DNA from: a virus
Lineage: Duplodnaviria; Caudoviricetes
Length of the DNA: 59,121 nucleotides
Strand: one strand, 5' to 3'
IMG/VR virus record: IMGVR_UViG_3300025154_000106
Span: 1-59,121 of that record
Position 1 is the stretch's first letter. Each line of letters opens with the position of its first letter. The notes under the pieces are model-generated. The model did no database searches. It was given only the letters and a program-made list of their open reading frames with translations, and was not told the origin of the DNA. A program made the position numbers and the translations under genes. Below are positions 46,036 to 57,000 of this stretch, one piece after another.

Positions 46036-47625
46036 TTGAGTAGAGTAGAAGAGAAAGAAAAAATAGTTTTACCAGACATGTATGGAGAAGTTCAACCCTT
46101 CTCCATTCCTTTTATTGATTGGGTAGACAAGTATGGTTTCTTTATTAGAGATACATGGAACAGTAAGACACAAAAGTGGGGGAGTAGTGGATGGTTAGAG
46201 TTACAATCTTTACAGAAAGATATTCTAGGGTTTGCTCTAAGTCAGAATGAAGATAAGGAATTCAAATACTCTACTGTTCTATTCAGTACAACGAAGAAGA
46301 GTGGAAAAACTTTGATCTCGGCTGCTATTGCTGGATGGTATGCAGAAGTATGCCCGGCTGGAAGTGAGATATATGTAATAGCAAATGATGTAGAGCAGGC
46401 TGAGGGGCGGGTCATGCGAGATCTGAAATACCATGCTGCTGCACGAGAGTACAAAGTAAATAAGTATGAGATAGAGATACCTAATGGAACTACTATAAAG
46501 GTACTAGCCCAATCATATAAATCAGTAGCAGGTTCTCGTCATGCTCTAGTTTTGTTCGATGAATTATGGGGCATTAATAGTGAGCTTACCAGACGTACCT
46601 ATGAAGAACTTACTCCTATTCCTACTATTCCGTGGTCATTAAGATTTATCTCTACTTACGCAGGATTTATAAATGAGTCTGACCTTCTTTGGGACATGTA
46701 TTTGAACGGGGTTGGAAGGGACGAACACGAAGATGGAAAGGGTGCACCAGTATTTGAGCTGGCAGAATACCCTTGTTGGGAAACAGGGAAGCAATTTACC
46801 TATTGGAATCACGAACCTACTATGCCCTGGCAAGATGACTCATACTATGAAAGCCAGAGAAATTCTTTACGGCCAGCAGCATACCTCAGGTTACACGAAA
46901 ATAGATGGGTAACTACACACGAAGAATTCATTCCTATGGACTGGTGGGAGTATGCAGCTTCACAGATCCAAGACTCTGCAGAATTATGGAAAGACCACCC
47001 CTATGCTAAGTTCCCGTTGTATTTAGGTATTGATGCTGCCCCCAAGCGAGACTCAACCGCACTCGTAGCTTGTTGTTACGATTCAAGTAAGGGTGTAGTT
47101 GTAGATGTATTGCATAAGATCTGGACACCTACTAATGAGCAGCTGGATTTGGATGCTACCTTGAAACAGATGATTATAAAACTGTATACTGAATTCAAGG
47201 TTGTTGACATAAGCTATGATCCTGCACATTTGTATCAATTAATGCTACAATTAGAACAAATGGGCTACCCGGTTTCCGAGTTTACACAAACTGCTGGAAA
47301 CATGGTAAAGGCAAGTCAAAACCTATATGATCTTTTAAAATTCAAACGACTTCATTCTTATAAAGATGAGGAAGCCCGTACCCACATTCAGAACACTGTT
47401 GCTCAGAGTGAGACCAACGGGTTCAGAATTGTAAAACAGAAACAAACTTCAAAGGGAATAAGGAAACCGATGGACTATTCAGTAGCATTATCTATAGCAG
47501 CATACAAAGCTGTGCAGGGGGGTGGGGTAGATGTATCAATTCCGGTACACATATCTTATCCGTTCTCTGATAAGGGAGAAGTAGATACTGCTAATAGTAA
47601 ATTACCATGGATGTTTCGGAGTTAG
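46036..47625 (+). CDS. terL: Terminase large subunit
   Basis: Walker A KKSGKT, Walker B VLFDEL, nuclease motif LGIDAAPKRDST, YDP and KPMDYSVAL. Confidence 0.92.
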   Translation: MSRVEEKEKIVLPDMYGEVQPFSIPFIDWVDKYGFFIRDTWNSKTQKWGSSGWLELQSLQKDILGFALSQNEDKEFKYSTVLFSTTKKSGKTLISAAIAGWYAEVCPAGSEIYVIANDVEQAEGRVMRDLKYHAAAREYKVNKYEIEIPNGTTIKVLAQSYKSVAGSRHALVLFDELWGINSELTRRTYEELTPIPTIPWSLRFISTYAGFINESDLLWDMYLNGVGRDEHEDGKGAPVFELAEYPCWETGKQFTYWNHEPTMPWQDDSYYESQRNSLRPAAYLRLHENRWVTTHEEFIPMDWWEYAASQIQDSAELWKDHPYAKFPLYLGIDAAPKRDSTALVACCYDSSKGVVVDVLHKIWTPTNEQLDLDATLKQMIIKLYTEFKVVDISYDPAHLYQLMLQLEQMGYPVSEFTQTAGNMVKASQNLYDLLKFKRLHSYKDEEARTHIQNTVAQSETNGFRIVKQKQTSKGIRKPMDYSVALSIAAYKAVQGGGVDVSIPVHISYPFSDKGEVDTANSKLPWMFRS

Positions 47626-47633
47626 GAGATAGC

Positions 47634-48080
47634 ATGAGAAAGACAATAAAAGAGCGATTTTATGAGAAGGTTGGGCTAGACTGGCGTTGGAGAAATGCAA
47701 CGGGGAAAGACGGATATGGAAGGATGATATTTAGGGGGAAAATGACAGACGCACATGGGATTTCTTACATGATTCATAACGGTGCAATTCCAGAAGGTGT
47801 GCATGTTTTACATTCATGTGATGATCCAGGCTGTGTTAATCCAGAACATCTTCATCTTGGTACACATGCTGATAACATGAGAGAAATGATGGAAAGAGGA
47901 AGAAGGGGAGGAAAAGGGGGAGGGGGTGTTGGTAGAGCAAAATTAACTCCAGCACAGGTATTAGAAATACGAGAGAAGTATAAAATTGGTGCAATTCAAA
48001 GAAGTCTTGCTAAGGAGTACGAGGTGAACTTTAGAACTATTAATTATATTGTTAATAGAGTGAACTGGAAACACATATAG
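47634..48080 (+). CDS. HNH homing endonuclease between terL and portal
   Basis: AHGISY, VLHSCDDPGCVNPEHLHLGTHADNM, and C-terminal AKLT..QV.EIR HTH. Confidence 0.88.
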   Translation: MRKTIKERFYEKVGLDWRWRNATGKDGYGRMIFRGKMTDAHGISYMIHNGAIPEGVHVLHSCDDPGCVNPEHLHLGTHADNMREMMERGRRGGKGGGGVGRAKLTPAQVLEIREKYKIGAIQRSLAKEYEVNFRTINYIVNRVNWKHI

Positions 48081-48093
48081 AGGCGAGGAATAA

Positions 48094-49860
48094 ATGGATA
48101 CTAACTTAGAAAAGGTTACGCAGAACATAGCATTTGCTAAAGCGTTTATGACTGACTGGCATAAGAATATTGACAGGTGGAGAAACCTATATGACTCCAA
48201 ACACTACTCTGGTACACCCAAGCCGGGTGAGGATAGATTTGCAGACCCAACCTTTACCAACCACGTAGACTTAGCGGTTGGTATTTTGCTTACCAACCCA
48301 TTAGTATGGAAAGCTACTGCATGGAAACCCGGAACAGAAACTCAGAAACTTGAGTCACAGGTAGAGAAATTCCTGGTTGGTGTAATGGAAACTAATATAA
48401 ACAGGAATGAATATGATACCCTTTATGAAGTTCTTCTGCACTATGTTCGTGATGGCGGTTGTGTCTTATATACGGTCTGGGATGAAGATGCAGAAAAGAA
48501 AACCGAGACAGTAATCAATGAGTATGGGGAAGAAGTTCCCGTTCAGGTATATGATGAATGCCCACTGGTTCAAAAGGTTATAGATCCCAGTACAGTATAT
48601 TTCCTTCCAGGGGGGAAGAAAAGATGGATAGCAGTAGCCAGGGAAGAAAAGACATCAGCCTTTGATGTACTTATGCGTTTTGGTAAGTTACCATCTAGTA
48701 TGAGTTACTTGAAATCTACAGAAGACTTGGTAAGCAGGCAAGGAATGCTGGTAGATTATTGGGATGCTACTGAAAAGGATAAAAAAGGAAACATAATTAT
48801 TCGTAATGCTGTATTGTTTGACAATGAGTTTGTTCCTGATCGGGAACTTACTGTCATGCCAAAGTACAAGTCATTACCATATACTCTTGGTTTATACAAG
48901 CCAACAGATAGGACTGATTCAGGAAAGTGGCACAGTATTATTACCCCACTGGAAGAACCAGTAAAACATTTGGAACAGAACATCAACCGCAGACAGCGAC
49001 AGATCAATTTATACTCTTCGCTTCCTGTGGTATCTAAGACATCCAATGGTAGAGCAGTCAGCATGGATGCGGTCATGGGGCAGATTGTAACCTTATCTCA
49101 GGATGAGGATATTGCTTTCCCACAGTGGCCAGGTAATGCTCCTGATGTAGAAAGACAGATTGACTTCCAGAGATCAAGGGTACAGCAATCAGGTTTCTCT
49201 GATGTATTTATTGGCTCTGGTTCTAGTCAGGCATCCGGGTATTCCTTATCACAGTTGGGTGACCAGAACAGGATCAGACTTGAACAACCTATCGCACATC
49301 TCAAAAGATTCTGGGAGTGGGCAGGAAGTAAAGCTATTGAAGTAGCTGTCGATCATGCTGAGGATAATTGTTATCTACGCATGTATGGAAAAATAAAGGG
49401 GAAGCCATTCACAGAACTTATTCCTATAAAAGATCTGGAAGGCTTCCATGTTAGCTGTGAGATTACTCCTAACTTCCCGAATGATCAGGTACGCAAACAC
49501 GCTATGGGCAACCAGGTACGTGGAGTATTGTCAGAAGAAACAATCATGGAAAGATACCTTGACATTCAGCAGCCTGATGAAGAGTATGATCGAAAAGTTA
49601 TTGAGATGACTCAGACACATCCTATTGCACTGCAGTATTCCATGATGAAAGTTCTGGAAGCACAAGCTAAAAACAATGATCCAATCGCAGCCATGGTATT
49701 GCAACAACTACAGCAACAGGGAATGCAGGGTCAGCCGGGTGCACCCACACAGCCACAAGGAATGGAACAACCAGCAGGTGGGATGCCAGCAGTAAACAGA
49801 AAGCCAGAAGCAGAGGCAGGATCAACTGAAACTGCCCCAGATATGACAGGGATGATATGA
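48094..49860 (+). CDS. Portal protein
   Basis: 588 aa after terL, with IDP..V and ASG..LSQL motifs and a Gln/Pro/Gly-rich tail. Confidence 0.8.
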   Translation: MDTNLEKVTQNIAFAKAFMTDWHKNIDRWRNLYDSKHYSGTPKPGEDRFADPTFTNHVDLAVGILLTNPLVWKATAWKPGTETQKLESQVEKFLVGVMETNINRNEYDTLYEVLLHYVRDGGCVLYTVWDEDAEKKTETVINEYGEEVPVQVYDECPLVQKVIDPSTVYFLPGGKKRWIAVAREEKTSAFDVLMRFGKLPSSMSYLKSTEDLVSRQGMLVDYWDATEKDKKGNIIIRNAVLFDNEFVPDRELTVMPKYKSLPYTLGLYKPTDRTDSGKWHSIITPLEEPVKHLEQNINRRQRQINLYSSLPVVSKTSNGRAVSMDAVMGQIVTLSQDEDIAFPQWPGNAPDVERQIDFQRSRVQQSGFSDVFIGSGSSQASGYSLSQLGDQNRIRLEQPIAHLKRFWEWAGSKAIEVAVDHAEDNCYLRMYGKIKGKPFTELIPIKDLEGFHVSCEITPNFPNDQVRKHAMGNQVRGVLSEETIMERYLDIQQPDEEYDRKVIEMTQTHPIALQYSMMKVLEAQAKNNDPIAAMVLQQLQQQGMQGQPGAPTQPQGMEQPAGGMPAVNRKPEAEAGSTETAPDMTGMI

Positions 49861-50078
49861 GGAAAGCAACTGTTACTTCGGGATTTGAAAGAACAATGAA
49901 AGCAGTTCAATCTGGGCTTCAGCGTACTATGGAACGCTCAGGCATAGAGACAGACCGGGATGTAATGTTGTATAATACAATGACACCAGAAGACTTGTTA
50001 GATTTATCAAACATCTATGGTCAAGATGGTGTATTGGATTATGTAAGAGAGATGGAAAGAAAAAGATTTTTCAAGTAG
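49857..50078 (+). CDS. Hypothetical protein
   Basis: Coupled to the portal gene. Confidence 0.55.
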   Translation: MRKATVTSGFERTMKAVQSGLQRTMERSGIETDRDVMLYNTMTPEDLLDLSNIYGQDGVLDYVREMERKRFFK

Positions 50079-50089
50079 GAGAGTGAATT

Positions 50090-50998
50090 ATGGCAACTTA
50101 TTATCCACCACCCCCGTCCCCAACAGTATGGAACTGGAGAAACCTACCGGGTAAACCAGCATCCGTGCAGCCAGAGTTCATGGTAAACACACGGGGCATT
50201 TCAAATAAGCCAGTAGATCCAAGGATACCTTTAGGTCTTGGCATTGAGTTTGATACGTGGAGTCCCTACTATCAGAACCAGGCTACTAATTATCTCAATC
50301 AATTCAATACCACTACAGGTGGGGGTAGTGGTGGGGGTACGTATACTGGGTCATCCCCTCAACCAGCCCCACAACCAGAGCCACTTACATGGTCAGACAA
50401 GTATCAGCTAGAAGGCTCACCTTCGTGGTGGAAGGGAATGATGCCCAGCAGGCTGACACCCGAAACAGAGGTAGCTTCTATTATGAATGCACTCATTCCT
50501 TATTTGTCCACTGAAGATCAGCGACAGATGGCTTCCAGTTTATCTCGTCTATTCCCTGATGCTTTTGGTAACTACTCTCCAGAGAAGTCTAACCTTGGAA
50601 CTCCTACTCCAGGTGTAAACGATCAACAGAGAGAGTACTTCTTATCCCAGCAACGAGCAGGAAACATTTTGAGCGCCATGGATAAGATGAAGGAAGCCAG
50701 TGGTAAGGGAGAGAAAGACTTCGGGCCGGGATATCAGTATGTCAGGCAGCTTGCAGCTACAATGAAAGATTTTGGATCAGCTGCAGGATACAAACAACCA
50801 TCCCGTAGACAGATCATAGACATGTACTCAGCCTTCGATCCTTTGTTAGCAGAGGGTGGTGGGGAGAAACTTGGTGCGTATAGTGAGCTGGCGAGATCTA
50901 TTGCACAGCCATTCTTTGGTGCAGGAAAATTAGTCCCAGTAAGTAAAACTGAGTCTGGTGATTGGAAATTCGGGGAAGTAAATAAATCTTGGTTTTAG
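50090..50998 (+). CDS. Putative internal virion (ejection) protein
   Basis: Pro/Gly-rich N-terminus, upstream of the giant ORF. Confidence 0.5.
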   Translation: MATYYPPPPSPTVWNWRNLPGKPASVQPEFMVNTRGISNKPVDPRIPLGLGIEFDTWSPYYQNQATNYLNQFNTTTGGGSGGGTYTGSSPQPAPQPEPLTWSDKYQLEGSPSWWKGMMPSRLTPETEVASIMNALIPYLSTEDQRQMASSLSRLFPDAFGNYSPEKSNLGTPTPGVNDQQREYFLSQQRAGNILSAMDKMKEASGKGEKDFGPGYQYVRQLAATMKDFGSAAGYKQPSRRQIIDMYSAFDPLLAEGGGEKLGAYSELARSIAQPFFGAGKLVPVSKTESGDWKFGEVNKSWF

Positions 50999-51011
50999 GA
51001 TAGGATAACTC

Positions 51012-54000
51012 ATGGTAGATGCCTTTTGGAAAACCGGACAGTTTGCTCAGTTGCTCAGTGCTGTACGAGAACAACGAGCCAAACAGTCTGCTATAAACAA
51101 CTATGCCTCCACATTTACTCAAGCAGTAAATAAATCGAAAACAGAAAAGCCTCCTGTAGATCCAAACAAGAAGGCTTTATTTGATTGGGGTCAGCGTACC
51201 TATGGAGTAAAGATACCTACCCAAACAGTAGATCCTGCTTTGAGGTTGGATGATAGAAAGCAAGCGTTACTTCACAACCAGTTCTTTGCTGATAAGCGAG
51301 TTGCTGACAGCATTGAACAGGCAAGAATAAGTGCATGGCAGAGAGACCAGACTTTCAAAAGTCAACAGGTAAAGAAAGATGTTCTTACTGGTAAGATAGA
51401 GAAGCCAGCTGGTCAAACTTTTGAAGAGTGGAATCAAGCAAGGCTGGAAGAAGAGAATGCTCTGGCAGCCAGCATCAAGTTCGATCCTGAACTAAAGCCT
51501 GGGGATAAATTGTATCTGGACTACAAACAAAATGTAGTAACCAACAAACCAACAGAGCTTGAGCTATTCAAGTACATGGGAGTTTACATTCCTGTTGAGA
51601 GAAACAAGGCAGGAAACTTAAGCTACCCTGAAGGATACGAAGATCTTGTTATTGATATGACCAAGCTGCAGGATGCTACCTATACACCAGAGGTAGATAT
51701 ATTCCTGCGTGGGTTAGAGTCCAAGTATGAAACAGCCAAGCCCCCAACTTTTGCTTCAAACATACAACCAACCGGGACACCAGCTTACTTGAATGTCTTG
51801 ACAAACGAGATAACAAATGATCAAACTCAGATCCCGTTGTATTGGGATCAGGATACAAAACAAGTTACCCAGTTTGAAGAAAACTATAAGGGTGAAAAGA
51901 ATAGTCCAGTTGTTCTAAATCAAGAGACATTGGATTCTCTTGGTACTGGATTACAACAGGCTATGCAAGTATACATAGCCAACGAACAGAACGCTGACTG
52001 GGGTGTAGGGTCTAACCCTGCAGCAGTATCCATGATAGCCCCTATTGTTACCAGAGAGAACGTATTGGATGGAGTAACAGTTAGGTTTCCATCTGCTACC
52101 AACCAACAGGAAACACAAACAGTAAACTTAGATCCAGTTACTAACGCACCAACCTTCTTAGAAAAGTTCCCAGAGAAGCCTGAGTTCATTAGAAATCTTC
52201 CTGAGCCATTGAGTAATGGATTGGCAGCAAACATATTCAGTGCCACCTGGTGGGAAGTAATGTGGGGTGGTAATGTAACCAAGCAGTTGATGAATACCCC
52301 AACAAGTAAGTTTATGAGTAAGCCAATATTGGGTACAGTATCCTTGAATACGGTTATGGCTGGAGCTGGGGTAGGCTTTACTCTTCTATATAATATACCT
52401 ACAACTCTAGTGAGACAAACGACCTGGCTATTTGGAAATGAGAAGGCTGGAGAAGACTTAAATAATTCTTGGGAGAACTTTGAAGATAAGCTAAGCGTAC
52501 TTCGACAAAGTTACAATATGGACAAAGCTAAGTCCATAAACAAGAATGAAACAAAGACCAACCAGATAGATGAAGCCAGAGCTACTACTCAGTCTATCAG
52601 TGAAGAGTTAGTGAAGTGGAGAAGCGGAACAGTAAAGGGATGGGACAAGTTATCTGATCAACAGAAGGTAACCCGTATTGCTGATCTGGAAGCTCAATGG
52701 GAAAAGTCATTGGAGTATGAAGCAGCCTTAAATAAACTCCAGGCAGACACCATTGGAAAGTTCTCAGAACAGGCTGGGTATTCTGCACAATATTACCGGG
52801 CTGGCAATCTTCCAGTAGCCACAGCTGAATTAGCTTACGGGTATGAGAAGTTGTACGAAGGGGCAGACTGGAATTTAGCCAAGCAATATGCTGGTTCAGT
52901 AAAAGAACACATGTTCACTCCTAATCTGCTTGATCTTCAGAATCGTGGAAGAATACCACAGGAGCAAATACACTTTATGTTGGGTGTACGTGGAATGTCA
53001 GAGCCTGAGATTTCATCTTTTGAACAGTTCATCAACAGCGGATATGTTACTTCCAATATCTTATCCAATGTAGACAATGATACGAAAGCATCCATGCAGC
53101 GTAACCAGACTACAACTGTGTTGGGTGCGAACATGTTATTCCTGCAGGATGTAGCCAAGAAGTCTATTGAGACTGGTCGTACTATGACTACGGCAGAGCA
53201 GTATGATTATCTTGTAGATGAGTGGTTACCAAAGTATCTATACAATTCAGCTACTAACCCCAAGAGGTTAGAGAATACTTACTACAATACTAACCAACAA
53301 CTAACCGCTGACATGGCGAATACAATGTTCCAGCAGTTACAGGTATCCAATAATTATCTGGCCATGGCCAGTCAATATGAAGAAGGAAGCCCAGAGCAGC
53401 AGGAAGTATTGAATAATGCCAAGACATGGATGGATGAGGCTTACCGATTAGGGGATAGAGTAATTGAATACCACTCCAGATCTGGTAATCTCAATCCTTA
53501 TGCAGCATGGACATATAATTTGAGTGAGGAAAAGAAGAACGAGTTCAGGAAGAATGTAGTAGAAGCTATGTTCCAGGCTGGAAGACTTCTTTCAATGGAA
53601 GAGATAACACAGATCTCCTACATTACGCAAGACCCAGCGTTAGAAATGTTGGGTGAGATATTCTTAGATGTAAACAACCTTGCACTCCCTATAGTTGCCG
53701 GGCTGAGTAAGTCATTGATAAAGAGCTTGGGTAGAGTAGCTATGAAAGTTCCATTCATAGGTAAATCTGCTACTGCAATCTCAAACAATACTATAGTAAA
53801 GACTTTACTTGATCGTTCAGTACAGACTGTAGCTTCAAAGCAGGGCAAGGCAGCTACAAATATCTTCTGGTCTGTTGCTCAGACCAAGCCAGCTACTGAA
53901 TCAGAGTTTGTAAAACAGGTATCCAATATTGCAGCATGGGCAAAGCAAGCTACCACAGTAACAGATGAGTTGACTGAAGGTGCAGCTAAGCTATTGAAAG

Positions 54001-57000
54001 AGACTCCATTCAGGGGTGTACCACCAACCATTTCTGCACAGGAGTCATTGATTCAATTAGCCAGAACTATTGATCCAGATGAGTGGGCAGGAATAGCAGC
54101 CAAGGCATGGGAAGCTACACATGAATTCTATGTCAAGGGTGTAACCAAACAAATACTAAGTCAGAACCCAGGCAAGCTGATAAGTGATCCAGTCATAGCC
54201 AATAATATTTCTGATGCAGTGGAGAGACTGGTAGCAAGTTACCGGGGAACATCAAGACTTGGGCAGGAATTTGGTGAGGCATTCAGACAGACATCCTTAC
54301 GAGGAAACCTTGTGAAGTTGGGATCAAACTTAGTTCCTAAAGATACTATCTATGGTGCTATTGCACAGAAATATGGTACTACCAGAGCAGGACAGTTGCT
54401 GGGTGGTATTGCTGAGGTTCAGTCCCGGTTTATGAAAGCATGGATCTGGGCTACGTTAGCTAGACGACCAGCGTGGGCTATCTTCAACTTCGTTGACAAT
54501 ACATTCAGATATACAATGGCTTCAATTCGGTATGGTGGTCAGTTCGGGGATGATATGAAAGCCATGTTGAAAATGTATGGAGATACCGAAGGGGTAATGA
54601 AGACCGTCAAGCAGGGTCAATACAATGTCAAGGCTGAGATAGAAAGTTCTGGGTTGATGAGCTTGACAGATGAGGCGTTTACCAAAGCTGCATCCATGGG
54701 TATTGACAAGAACATGCTCAGCCAAAACCCGTTGTCCTTCCTATCTTATTATAAAAGTTTTGTACAGATAAATGGCACAGGTAAGAACCTGTTAGGTAAA
54801 GTTCTTGGTACTTTCACAGCTTTCCCTGCCAGCATCAAGGCATTGAACAACTCTATTGAGATGGGCATGAAGACTATGATGTACATTCGTTTCTATGAAA
54901 AGAACATAGCCAAGATGAATCATCTCTTCCTTACAGATGTAATAAGTCATCTGTCTGAAGTAGTACAGGCTAAGGGTCTAAGTGCTATTGAAGCAGACAT
55001 GATCCAGAAGCACGTATTGAATTCTATTAACAGTTCAGGTGGGAATGCTGCCAAACTGTATGACTTATTGAGACACAATAGAGTAGATCCAAAGTTATCT
55101 GGATACAATATTTATATCCCAGAGAGCTTAAGAAATGCTGAGTGGTTTGATGAGGCTGCACAGAGAGCCTTCCTTTATGATGTAACTACACGCTTCCAGA
55201 AATTCCAGGCAAGGTTAGCTAAGAGTAATGTTAAAGAAATCTTGCCAGAACACCTTGATCAATTCTTTGATGAGACACTGAGTGTACTCCAGGCAGAATC
55301 CAATATGATTGTGCAGGGGATGAACAGGGATTACTCCATTGTAACTGGTGCAGAGATAGGATCGAATGGAGAGCAAGTAAAAGCTGCTCGCTATTCTAAA
55401 TCCATAGAGAAGGAACTAAAGGGTGTAGATAAGGATACTGCAGATTTCTTAAAGAATCTGGATGATAGCAAACCTTTTGACAGAAAGACTAAGGGTAAGA
55501 TCAAGAAGTATCTACAGGACAATGACATCAAGTTTGAAGATACAGATGAAGGGTTGAAGGATGGTCTTGCCAAGTTACGAGCAAAGAGAGATGAGTACCC
55601 TGACAGCCAACCACGTGCTGCAACCCCAGAAGAACTCAAAGCTATTGATGAGAATAAAGAAGGGGTGCTTACTAACAGTGAAGAGCTTACTGGTTGGGAT
55701 GCTAACGTTCACAGTGCTGATGATAAGGTTTCTGGAAAATGGAATGAGAGAGCACTCTGGGAATCCAAGACACATGAAGCAATTGCCCAGATAGAAAATG
55801 TAAAAGGCTTTAGTGGATTAACCCCAGCAGAACTTACAAAGCTGCAGAGTATAGCAAAGGGTATGCTAGATAGAACAAACAACATTAGCTCCAGGGTAAA
55901 CAAATTCTTTAGGGAAGTCTACCCCGGCCCAGGCATGATCAACAATAAAGCAAGATGGGAGGATTACTATGCAAGAGTAATCAATCAACTTGACAACCGT
56001 ATTGGATACCAAAACGCAGAAGTATTAGTTCCTCTACAGAACGGAACATTAAAAGCTACTGCAGATGTGAACATGGAAGATATATTACAGCTGTCTGGTA
56101 TTGAACTGCTCTATGATACAGATGGAATGATTACTTCCTTCCGTGCTATCAACCCATTCAGTGGGAAGCCAGAGCTGGTTGAGAATACTGTATTTGTAAA
56201 CCAACTCAAGAGACGGTTGGGTATCAATACAAAGGCAGACGCACGTAGAGGATTGGTAGATGACTACTTCAAGATAAAGGGGCAAGCTCCTGTTGGAGAG
56301 ATGGAACGTATCAACATAGCTTACAGTTTGAAAGTACCAGAAGTCCGACCACTCGAAACCATGGTAGCAGATGATGTAAGACTTGACCTGGCCATACGTG
56401 AGGGAAGAAATCAGGATGCTGCAGTATTGTTGGCAGAGAAATTCCAGTTCCCATTGATGTATGAGAAGGGTGGACAGTTACTTCCCAACTATGCACACCT
56501 ATTGAACAAGGCTAAGAAAGAATTAGGATTGAAGGGTGATGATGCAATCAAGACATTGAATGACATCAAGCCTGAAGATCTATATAAAGTTTTGAAGAAC
56601 TGGTATGAAACAACTACTGGCGTTACACTTGCCAGCATAAAGGGAAACCTGAAAGAGGGAATGGTAAAAGCCATTTCAAATATTTTCAATACCCCAACCA
56701 ACATAGCTGAGGGAATATTTGAAACCTACAACAGACTTGCCCTTACTATTGGTAAGCACATGGGTGGTAAGAGTGAGGCTGAGGTATGGCAGGATGTTCT
56801 GTATGGTGTAATGAAAGCAGGAGATTCTGGTGCAGTAGATGTAGTTCGTGCAACAGATACTTTATTCTGGTTCAACACAGAGGTTAGAAACTATGTTACC
56901 AATCTTGTCGGTAATGGTAAGGTAGTCAAGGGAATAAAGAGACCCATTACTAAAGCTGAACTTCTCAAGGCTCTCAAGAAACGATTCAATCAGGAACGCT